Shown here one piece after another: positions 36,919-44,725 of a DNA stretch of 64,000 nt. Each line of letters opens with the position of its first letter. The stretch's first letter is position 1. The notes under the pieces were generated by a model, which saw only the letters and a list, made by a program, of their open reading frames with translations, had not been told where the DNA came from and did no database searches. Source of the stretch: Vicinamibacterales bacterium (GTDB lineage Bacteria > Acidobacteriota > Vicinamibacteria > Vicinamibacterales > SCN-69-37). The stretch spans positions 25,521 to 89,520 of the forward strand of contig DASQFI010000033.1 in assembly GCA_035633215.1 (NCBI GenBank), in the 5' to 3' direction. Both the position numbers and the translations under genes were made by a program.

Positions 36919-38295
36919 CTAGGCGCGTGAATTGCGCTTCAGGAACGCGCCGGCCCCCGCCTTTCCGACGAACTTCCCGCCGTCGATGATGATCCGGCCG
37001 CGCGAAAGCACGGTGTCGGTCACGCCCGTGACCTCCCTGCCCTCGTACGGGTTGTAGTCCACTTTCATGTGGTGTGTGCGCGCCGAGAGCGTCATCGACT
37101 TGTTCGGGTCGAAGACCACGATGTCTGCGTCCGAGCCGGGGGCGATGGTCCCTTTGCGGGGGAACAGCCCGAAAATCTTTGCCGGTGACGTGGACGTCAG
37201 CTCGACGAAGCGGTTGAGCGAGATGCGGCCCGTCCGCACGCCGCCGTCGTAGACGAGGCTCATGCGCGTCTCGATGCCGGGCGCGCCGTTCGGGATCTTC
37301 GAGAAGTCGCCCTCGCCCATCGTCTTCTGTTCCTTCATGCAAAAGGGACAGTGATCGGTCGAGATCGCCTGCAGGTCGTTGAACGCCAGACCGCGCCAGA
37401 GACGATCCTGTGTGGCCTTCGGGCGGAGGGGCGGGCTCATCACGTATTTCGCGCCCTCGAATCCCGGCTCCTCGTAGTTGTCATACGAGAGGAACAGATA
37501 CTGCGGACACGTTTCGGCGTAGGCCGGCAGGCCGCGATCGCGCGCCTCGGTGACCATCTCGAGCGCCTCGGCCGCGGAGAGGTGCACGATGTAGATCGGC
37601 ACGTCGGCGATTTCCGCGAGCGCGATCGCCCGATGCGTCGCCTCGGCCTCCGCGCGCGCGGGCCGGGTGAGCGCATGGTACTTGGGCGCGGTTTTCCCCT
37701 CGGCGAGCGCCTTCTTCACGAGCACGTCGATGACGCCGCCGTTCTCGGCGTGCATGCAGATCGTCCCGCCGTTCTTCCCCGTCCGCAGCAGCGCCCGGAA
37801 AATGCTCGCATCGTCGAGCATGAACACGCCTGGATAGGCCATGAACAACTTGAACGACGTCACGCCCTGGCCGACCAGCGCGTCCATCTCCTGCTCCACC
37901 TGATCGGAGAGGTCCGTGATGATCATGTGGAAGCCGTAGTCGATCGCGGCCTTCCCTTCCGCCTTCTTCATCCACGTCTCCCAGGCGTGGTGAAGCGTCT
38001 CGCCTTTGTACTGGATCGCGAAATCGACAATCGACGTCGTGCCGCCGTGCGCGGCCGCGATGGTGCCCGATTCGAAGTCGTCGGCCGATTTCGTCCCGCC
38101 GAACGGCATGTCGAGATGCGTGTGGACGTCGATACCGCCCGGAAGGACGTATTTACCTGACGCGTCGATCACGCGATCGGCCGGCATCGTGAGCGACGTG
38201 CCGATCGTCGTGATGCGATCCTGCTCGATGAAGACGTCGCCCTTGTAGAGATCGCTGGCCGTGACGATCGTGCCGTTCTTGATCAGCACGCTCAT
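36919..38295 (-). CDS. Dihydropyrimidinase / D-hydantoinase (cyclic amidohydrolase)
   Basis: Trimmed to Met 38295. MSVLIKNGTIVTASDLYKGDVFIEQDRITTIGTSL...DASGKYVLPGGIDVHTHLDMPFGGT. Metal-binding His/Asp signature of the hydantoinase family. ATGA overlap with the upstream gene. Confidence 0.88.
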   Translation of the reverse strand: MSVLIKNGTIVTASDLYKGDVFIEQDRITTIGTSLTMPADRVIDASGKYVLPGGIDVHTHLDMPFGGTKSADDFESGTIAAAHGGTTSIVDFAIQYKGETLHHAWETWMKKAEGKAAIDYGFHMIITDLSDQVEQEMDALVGQGVTSFKLFMAYPGVFMLDDASIFRALLRTGKNGGTICMHAENGGVIDVLVKKALAEGKTAPKYHALTRPARAEAEATHRAIALAEIADVPIYIVHLSAAEALEMVTEARDRGLPAYAETCPQYLFLSYDNYEEPGFEGAKYVMSPPLRPKATQDRLWRGLAFNDLQAISTDHCPFCMKEQKTMGEGDFSKIPNGAPGIETRMSLVYDGGVRTGRISLNRFVELTSTSPAKIFGLFPRKGTIAPGSDADIVVFDPNKSMTLSARTHHMKVDYNPYEGREVTGVTDTVLSRGRIIIDGGKFVGKAGAGAFLKRNSRA

Positions 38296-39173
38296 GGCTG
38301 CTGCTCCGCCATCGGCGCGTACGTCTCCGGGCGGCGATCGCGGTAGAACTGCCAGACGCGTCGAACGTCTTCGATCATGTCCAGGTCCATCTCGGCCGTG
38401 ATGAGCTCGTCCTTGTCCTCGGATGCAACCGCCAGGAAATTGCCGCGCGGGTCGACAAAGTACGACGACCCGTAGAAGCGCCCGATGTTCCACGGCGCCT
38501 CCGTGCCGACGCGATTGCTGCACGCCATGAAGTAGCCGTTGGCGACGGCATGCGCAGGCTGCTCGAGCTTCCACAGGTACTGCGACAGGCCGGCCACCGT
38601 GGCCGACGGATTGAACACAATCTCGGCGCCGTTCAGACCAAGCAGCCGCGCGCCTTCCGGGAAATGACGGTCGTAGCAGATGTAGACGCCGATGGTGGCG
38701 TGGCGCGTCTTGAAGACCGGATACCCGAGGTTCCCGGGCTTGAAAAAGTACTTCTCCCAGAAGCCTGACGTGTGCGGGATGTGATTCTTGCGGTACTTCC
38801 CGAGGTACGAGCCGTCGTTGTCGTAGACGGCAGCGGTGTTGTAGTAGACGCCCGCCTGCTCGCGTTCGTACACCGGCACGACCACGGCCATCTTGTACTT
38901 CTTCGCAATCTGCGCAATCCGCTCCGTCGTCGGCCCCGGCACCGGCTCGGCGATGTCGTACCAGTGCGCGTCCTGCGACGGGCAGAAGTACGGGCCGTTG
39001 AAGATCTCCTCGAGGCCGAGGATCTGCACGCCGCGCCTGCCGGCTTCTTCGATGAACGGGATGTGCGCCTCGATCGCCGCCTCCCGGACTTTGTCGATCG
39101 GCGCGGCGGGATCGGTGATGGGCGCGGCGGCTTGGATGAGACCCCCAATGACTTTTCGTGGCACTAGAACCAC
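38292..39173 (-). CDS. Beta-ureidopropionase-like carbon-nitrogen hydrolase (nitrilase superfamily)
   Basis: A plausible E-K-C triad (E in LGLEEIF, K in YRKNHIP, C in GVYICYDRHFPE). Gene context is dihydropyrimidinase + mmsA. Confidence 0.78.
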   Translation of the reverse strand: MVLVPRKVIGGLIQAAAPITDPAAPIDKVREAAIEAHIPFIEEAGRRGVQILGLEEIFNGPYFCPSQDAHWYDIAEPVPGPTTERIAQIAKKYKMAVVVPVYEREQAGVYYNTAAVYDNDGSYLGKYRKNHIPHTSGFWEKYFFKPGNLGYPVFKTRHATIGVYICYDRHFPEGARLLGLNGAEIVFNPSATVAGLSQYLWKLEQPAHAVANGYFMACSNRVGTEAPWNIGRFYGSSYFVDPRGNFLAVASEDKDELITAEMDLDMIEDVRRVWQFYRDRRPETYAPMAEQQP

Positions 39174-40657
39174 CTGCTTATCGTGACCTTCTTGTCCGTA
39201 TAGAACTCGAACGCGTCGCGCCCGTGCACCTTCAGATCCCCGAAGAAGCTGTCTCTCGCGCCACCGAACGGAAAGTACGCCATGGGCGCGGCGACGCCGA
39301 TGTTGACGCCGACCATCGACGCCGTGGCTCGGTGCGCGAACTCGCGCGCGGCCTTGCCGCTCTGCGTGAAGATGGACGTCGCGTTGGCGTTCGGGTGCGC
39401 CTCCATCATGCGGAAGGCCTCGTCGAGGTTTCTGACCGGCGCCACGGTGGCGACCGGGCCGAAGATCTCCTCGTGGCCGATCCGCATCGCCAAGGACACG
39501 TCATCGAACACACTCGGCCCGACGAAGAACCCGTCGCCCGGCAGCGCACGCTGACGGCCGTCGAGGACGAGGGAGGCGCCCTCGGCGACCCCCTGCTCGA
39601 CATAGCCCATCACCCTCTCGCGATGACGTGCGCTGATCACCGGCCCCATCTCCACGCCCGGCTCCATCCCGTCGCCGACGCGCATCGTTCGAGCGGCTTC
39701 AACCAGTCGATCGCGCGCCTCCGCATGCGCGCCGCCTACCGGGACGAGCACGCTGCCGGCCAGACACCGCTCGCCAGCGCAGCCGTAGAACGACTCGGCG
39801 ATCACCGGGATGGCTCGTTCCATGTCGGCGTCGGGCATGACGACGATGAAGTTCTTGGCGCCGCCGAGCGACTGAACCCGCTTGCCCGCGTGAGTGGCGC
39901 GGCGATAGACGAGCCGCGCGACGTCGGTCGATCCGACGAACGATACGGCCCGGATACCGGGGTGATCGCAGATCGTTTCGGCGACTTCGCGTCCGCCGTT
40001 GACGAGGTTGACGACACCCGGCGGCAAATCGCACTTCTCGAGCAGCTCGAACACCCGCTTCTGCGAGAGCGGCACCTGCTCCGACGGCTTCAGCACGAAC
40101 GTGTTGCCGCTCACGACCGCGAACGGAAGGAACCAGAGCGGCACCATCGCCGGAAAATTGAACGGGGCGATTGCGGCGCAGACGCCGATCGGCTGGCGCA
40201 TGACCATGCAGTCGATGTTGGTGGCGACGTTTTCGAGCCCATAGCCCATCAGCATGGACGGCGCGCCGCAGGCCACTTCGACGCATTCGATCGCGCGCCG
40301 CACGCTCCCGCGCGACTCGTCGAGCGTCTTGCCATGTTCGGTGGTCACGATGCGCGCGAGCTCCTCGACATGCTCCTCGAGCAATTGCCTGAACCTGAAC
40401 ATCGCCCGGGCGCGGACGACGGGCGGCGTCTCGCTCCACTGCGAATACGCCTTCGCCGCGGCGGCCACGGCCGCGTCGACGTCGGCGCGGGTGGACATCG
40501 GCGTCTTCGCGATGACGACGCCGCGGGCCGGATTGTGGACGTCGAGCGTGTCGGTACCCGACGAGGGCACCCAGCGTCCGCCGACGAAGTTCGGGAGAAT
40601 GTCGATGCCGGTCGAAGCCGACGAGCGGCCGCGATCGACCGAGGCAGGTTGAGTCAT
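39164..40657 (-). CDS. mmsA: CoA-acylating methylmalonate/malonate-semialdehyde dehydrogenase
   Basis: 497 aa. ILPNFVGGRWVPSSGTDTLDVHNPA... Aldehyde dehydrogenase catalytic context (SFVGSTDVARLVYRRA, GERCLAGSVLVPVGG with the catalytic Cys). C-terminus ...VTISRWF. Confidence 0.9.
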   Translation of the reverse strand: MTQPASVDRGRSSASTGIDILPNFVGGRWVPSSGTDTLDVHNPARGVVIAKTPMSTRADVDAAVAAAAKAYSQWSETPPVVRARAMFRFRQLLEEHVEELARIVTTEHGKTLDESRGSVRRAIECVEVACGAPSMLMGYGLENVATNIDCMVMRQPIGVCAAIAPFNFPAMVPLWFLPFAVVSGNTFVLKPSEQVPLSQKRVFELLEKCDLPPGVVNLVNGGREVAETICDHPGIRAVSFVGSTDVARLVYRRATHAGKRVQSLGGAKNFIVVMPDADMERAIPVIAESFYGCAGERCLAGSVLVPVGGAHAEARDRLVEAARTMRVGDGMEPGVEMGPVISARHRERVMGYVEQGVAEGASLVLDGRQRALPGDGFFVGPSVFDDVSLAMRIGHEEIFGPVATVAPVRNLDEAFRMMEAHPNANATSIFTQSGKAAREFAHRATASMVGVNIGVAAPMAYFPFGGARDSFFGDLKVHGRDAFEFYTDKKVTISRWF

Positions 40658-40720
40658 GGAGCGCCTCCGCGCCGGAAACGGTGATTATAGTGAAACATAC
40701 GCTATAGTCGGGGTTTCAAC

Positions 40721-40803
40721 GGAAAGCACTTGACTTGGCGTGGTACGCAAGCGCCCTTCACGCGGCGTCGGCGGAGCCGACCACGCCAAGTCAAGTGCTT
40801 TCC
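40721..40803. promoter_or_regulatory. Perfect 23-bp inverted repeat (GGAAAGCACTTGACTTGGCGTGG ... CCACGCCAAGTCAAGTGCTTTCC) with a 37-bp spacer in the mmsA / PreA-like divergent promoter region
   Basis: Arms at 40721-40743 and 40781-40803 checked base by base. The right arm ends 17 nt before the PreA-like ATG at 40821. Confidence 0.8.
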
Positions 40804-40820
40804 GGGACTGAGGCATTTCC

Positions 40821-41924
40821 ATGGCCCCAACACTCGCCGTCACCTTCACTGGCTTGCGGTTCGAGAATCCGTTCCTGCTGTCGTCGGCGCCGCCGACCGA
40901 GTCGGAAGCCAACATCATGCGCGCCTTCGACGCCGGCTGGGGCGGCGTCGTCACGAAGACGATCGGCTTGCACCCGGTCGTGAACGTCGACGGACCGAAG
41001 ACCAAGTTCCTGCGCTCGACCCCGGACTCACCACGGCTCTCGATGCAGAAGCGCCCCGGCACGGCCCTGCATTCGTCGTGGAACTGGGAGCTGATCTCGG
41101 ACAAGCCGCTCGACTGGTGGGTGCCGCGCATCTCGAAGATCAAGAAGTCGTATCCGAACCGGATTCTCGTCGCCTCGATCATGGCCGGCTCGGGCAGCGA
41201 CGACGAGCTGCGAGCCTGGCAGAAACTGGCGACCGCGTGTCAGGGTGAAGGCGCCGACGCGATCGAGCTGAACCTCTCCTGCCCGCACATGGACCGCAAG
41301 GACATGGGCTCGAACATCGGCAAGGACCAGGGACTGATTTCGATCGTGACCGAGGTCGTCAAGGAAGTCTCGAAGGTGCCGGTGTGGGCGAAGCTCACGC
41401 CATCGACGACGGACATCGTCGAGGAAGCCCGCGCCGCGTTTCTCGGCGGCGCTGACGCCATCACGTCGTCCAACACGTTCCCGTCGATTCCACTCATCGA
41501 CCCGGACACGCTCGAATTCGAAATGAACGTGGACGGCTTCGTCTCGAGCGGCGGCCTGGGCGGGCCGGCGATCCTGCCCCAGTCGCTCGCCAAGATGGCG
41601 CAGATGACGCAGGCGCTGCCCGATCACAACTTCTCGGGCATCGGCGGCATCGCCGACTTCTCGCAGGCCCTCAACTATTTCCTCCTGGGCTGCGGGACCA
41701 CGCAGGTGTGCACGGCCGCCATGCTCGACCATGCGATCGGCCCGAACATCATCAAAAGCCTCAGCGACGGCATGCGGGCGTTCATGGAAGCGAAGGGGTT
41801 CTCGACGCTCGAGGACTTCCGAGGCATCCGCCGCGAACGCGTCGTCACGCACTCGAAGATCCGGAGACCAGACGCGAAGGCGTATCACGGCGGGTACGAG
41901 ACCGAGGGGTATGCGACGCGGTAG
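40821..41924 (+). CDS. Dihydropyrimidine dehydrogenase PreA-like / class-1 dihydroorotate-dehydrogenase-family FMN oxidoreductase (no C-terminal ferredoxin domain)
   Basis: MAPTLAVTFTGLRFENPFLLSSAPPTE...AGWGGVVTKTI...NLSCPHM...PVWAKLTP...GGADAITSSNTF...SGIGGI. 367 aa. No CxxCxxCxxxCP motifs. Confidence 0.75.
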   Translation: MAPTLAVTFTGLRFENPFLLSSAPPTESEANIMRAFDAGWGGVVTKTIGLHPVVNVDGPKTKFLRSTPDSPRLSMQKRPGTALHSSWNWELISDKPLDWWVPRISKIKKSYPNRILVASIMAGSGSDDELRAWQKLATACQGEGADAIELNLSCPHMDRKDMGSNIGKDQGLISIVTEVVKEVSKVPVWAKLTPSTTDIVEEARAAFLGGADAITSSNTFPSIPLIDPDTLEFEMNVDGFVSSGGLGGPAILPQSLAKMAQMTQALPDHNFSGIGGIADFSQALNYFLLGCGTTQVCTAAMLDHAIGPNIIKSLSDGMRAFMEAKGFSTLEDFRGIRRERVVTHSKIRRPDAKAYHGGYETEGYATR

Positions 41925-41925
41925 C

Positions 41926-42038
41926 GGGTCATGGGGTCAGGTCTTGGATTGTAAGATTCTGAAGCCGAGGCAAATTCTGAATTACAAAACCGTGCCGTCG
42001 GTCGGAATCTTACAATCCAAGACCTGACCCCATGACCC
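41926..42038. promoter_or_regulatory. Perfect 34-bp inverted repeat (GGGTCATGGGGTCAGGTCTTGGATTGTAAGATTC / GAATCTTACAATCCAAGACCTGACCCCATGACCC) with a 45-nt spacer. The right arm contains the ATG of the NCS1 permease
   Basis: Arms at 41926-41959 and 42005-42038 checked base by base. The left arm begins 2 nt after the PreA-like stop (TAG 41922-41924). The transporter ATG is at 42032-42034. Confidence 0.85.
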
Positions 42039-43486
42039 GCGATTTCGTCGAGCTGACCGAGGACGTCTCCGGCAGCCCGCTCTGGAATCCCGACCTCGCG
42101 CCGACGCCGCTCGCGCGCCGCACCTGGTCCACCTACCACATCGCTGCGCTCTGGATCGGCATGAGCGTCGTCATTACGACGTACACGCTCGCGTCCGGAC
42201 TGATGCAGCAAGGCATGACCTGGTGGCAGGCGCTCACGACGATCCTGCTCGGCAACGTCATCGTGCTCGTGCCGATGGTGCTGAACGCGCACGCGGGCAC
42301 GAAGTACGGCGTCTCGTTTCCCGTGCTCTGCCGCGCGGCGTTCGGCGTGAAAGGCGCGAACGTGCCGGCAATGCTCCGCGCCATCGTCGCGTGCGGATGG
42401 TTCGGCATCCAGACGTGGATCGGCGGGCTCGCGCTGCACGCGTTGCTGACCGCGGCCTGGGCCGGCTGGGTCAACGTGCCGGGGGCCGTCTGGATCGCCT
42501 TCGCGATCTTCTGGCTGATTCAGGTGGCGATCATCGTGCGCGGCCTGGAAGGCATCAAGCATCTCGAAGCATGGTCGGCGCCGCTGCTGCTTGCCGGCGG
42601 CGCGCTCCTGCTCATCTGGGCGATCCGCAACGGCGGCGGGCTTGGCCGGATTCTCGACGAGTCGGTGCGGCTCCAAGGCGGGAAGGGATCGTTCTGGCAG
42701 CTCTTCCCCGCCGCGCTGACCGCCAACGTCGGCTACTGGGCGACGCTCAGCCTCAACATTCCCGACTTCACGCGCTATGCGCGCAGCCAGCGATCGCAGG
42801 TGCTCGGCCAGGCGCTCGGGCTGCCGACGACGATGACGGCGTTCGCATTCATCGGTGTGGCGGTCACGAGCGCGACGATCGTGCTGTTCGGCGAGCCGAT
42901 CTGGGACCCGGTCGCGCTCATCGCGCGCATCGGCAGCGTGCCGATCATCATCTTCGGCGCGCTCGTGGTCCTGGCGGCGCAGCTCACCACCAACATGGCG
43001 GCCAACGTCGTCTCGCCGGCCAACGACTTCTCGAGCCTTGCCCCGCGGCGGATCAGCTACGTCGCCGGCGGGCTCATCACGGCGGTCATCGGCATCGTGA
43101 TGATGCCCTGGAAGCTCTACGCCGATGCGGCCGCGTATATCTTCACGTGGCTCATCGGGTACTCGAGCCTGATGGGCGCGATTGGCGGCATTCTGATCGC
43201 GGACTACTGGGTCCTGCGGCGCCGCCAGCTCTCGCCGGCTGACCTGTTCAAGCTGAACGGCATCTACGCGTATTCGAACGGCGTAAATCCCCGGGCTGTG
43301 GCGGCGCTCGTGCTGGCGGTCCTGCCGGTTGTGCCCGGCTTCATCCGCGCGGCGACGACCCCTGGCGGACAGGTCGTGAATCCGTCGATCTTCGACCACC
43401 TGTACACGTACGCGTGGTTCGTGACGTTTACCTTGAGCTTCGTACTGTATCTCGGTCTGATGGGGACGCGACGCGATCGCAGGTAA
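42032..43486 (+). CDS. NCS1-family nucleobase:cation symporter (cytosine/uracil/hydantoin/allantoin permease type)
   Basis: 484 aa with 12 predicted TM segments. N-terminus LWNPDLAPTPLARRTWSTYHIAALWIGMSVVITTY is typical of NCS1 transporters. Context is the pyrimidine catabolism cluster. Confidence 0.88.
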   Translation: MTRDFVELTEDVSGSPLWNPDLAPTPLARRTWSTYHIAALWIGMSVVITTYTLASGLMQQGMTWWQALTTILLGNVIVLVPMVLNAHAGTKYGVSFPVLCRAAFGVKGANVPAMLRAIVACGWFGIQTWIGGLALHALLTAAWAGWVNVPGAVWIAFAIFWLIQVAIIVRGLEGIKHLEAWSAPLLLAGGALLLIWAIRNGGGLGRILDESVRLQGGKGSFWQLFPAALTANVGYWATLSLNIPDFTRYARSQRSQVLGQALGLPTTMTAFAFIGVAVTSATIVLFGEPIWDPVALIARIGSVPIIIFGALVVLAAQLTTNMAANVVSPANDFSSLAPRRISYVAGGLITAVIGIVMMPWKLYADAAAYIFTWLIGYSSLMGAIGGILIADYWVLRRRQLSPADLFKLNGIYAYSNGVNPRAVAALVLAVLPVVPGFIRAATTPGGQVVNPSIFDHLYTYAWFVTFTLSFVLYLGLMGTRRDRR

Positions 43487-43527
43487 CTGCCGCCAGCGGC
43501 GGGGAACCCGGCCAGCAACCCCCTCGC

Positions 43528-44688
43528 CTACCGCGAGGCCGGCGCCAGCACGAGGTCAAAGGTGGCGCGCGTCGTTCCATCGCGAAATGTGACCCCGCGC
43601 GGCGACATCGCAATCTCGTCAGGATGATGCGTGTCGAAGTGGTATTCGCAGGAGAGCGAGACAATCCCCCAATCAGGCACTGGACGGACCTCGCCACGAT
43701 CGCTCCGGCCGTCACTATTGCGGTCATGCCAAAGCGCCAGGCCCGCGAGCTCTCCCCTTGCAATCCGGCCGTCCCCGTCATCATCGAGCGACCGGAGCGC
43801 GTCGTAGCCGTGATGCCAGAACAGCCAGAACGTCACGCTGCCGAAGAGCTGCAACCCTGACGTGATCGATCCCGTCCCGCGTTTGTCGAATACCAGCCAC
43901 GCTGCCGTCGGCCGGATCCAGGTCCAGCGCTGCGGCAGTGCGCTGCCGTCGAGATCGAACGGCACCGATGCCTGTGGGTTCACGATGTCCTGCGCGCGCA
44001 TGCGATCACGCAGCGGAACGGCAATCGGCGTGATCGGCCGCGGCTGGCGCGCCAGCTCTTTCGCGGCGGCCCGCAGGCGATCGATCTCGGCGCGATCATG
44101 TTCCGGATCGAGCAGTGGAATCAGATATCGTGCCGCCTCTTCCGTGATCGAGCGGAATCCCGCCATCACGTCGACGCCGCGTCGATCTTTGTCCAGAGAC
44201 TGCGAGATGAGGTCGCGGAGGACTGCGACTGCGCCGGCTCGATCGCCCGTCTGGCTCAACGTCCAGCCCAGACCCATCTTGGCCACCTGGTGTGCCGGCG
44301 CCAGCTCGAGCGCTTCGCGGTATCGCGCGATGGCCTTCGTCAGGTGCTCTCGCGCGACCGCCGTCACCTTGAGGTCGTCTGACGCTTTCACCTCGAATTG
44401 GTGAAAGTCGGGCACAAAGTGACTCACCCACGGCACCGTCACCTTCGTCGTGCCCGCATAGCTCGCTGTCGGGATGGCGGTCCTCTTCTCAGCGAACGCC
44501 ATCGCGTGCACACGCGCGAGGCTCACACGCAGGTCGGCATCCGCAGGGCGTTCACGCACCTGGCGCTCGAGGTTCGCGATCACGCGCTCGACGGGCACGT
44601 TCTGGACGTCGACACCGATGGACTCGCCCGCCAGCGCGGCCGACAGGACCACGATAATGAATGCCCCCGCGACTTGAGTGCATCGCAT
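43528..44688 (-). CDS. Secreted hypothetical protein with TPR-like N-terminal half and EF-hand-like Ca-binding loops (DDDGDGRI, DRNSDGRSDRGE) in the C-terminal half
   Basis: Signal peptide MRCTQVAGAFIIVVLSAALAG. DxDxDG loops. 37 bp downstream of the tricorn gene on the same strand. Confidence 0.55.
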   Translation of the reverse strand: MRCTQVAGAFIIVVLSAALAGESIGVDVQNVPVERVIANLERQVRERPADADLRVSLARVHAMAFAEKRTAIPTASYAGTTKVTVPWVSHFVPDFHQFEVKASDDLKVTAVAREHLTKAIARYREALELAPAHQVAKMGLGWTLSQTGDRAGAVAVLRDLISQSLDKDRRGVDVMAGFRSITEEAARYLIPLLDPEHDRAEIDRLRAAAKELARQPRPITPIAVPLRDRMRAQDIVNPQASVPFDLDGSALPQRWTWIRPTAAWLVFDKRGTGSITSGLQLFGSVTFWLFWHHGYDALRSLDDDGDGRIARGELAGLALWHDRNSDGRSDRGEVRPVPDWGIVSLSCEYHFDTHHPDEIAMSPRGVTFRDGTTRATFDLVLAPASR

Positions 44689-44725
44689 TGACAGTCTCCC
44701 GAACGTCGGAATCCGGCGTCCTGGT

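Noticed and set aside
41926-42038. Possibility that the 34-bp perfect IR element is a MITE or IS remnant
   Set aside because: No transposase ORF, no flanking target-site duplication and only one copy in the window. It is kept as a regulatory-structure candidate instead.
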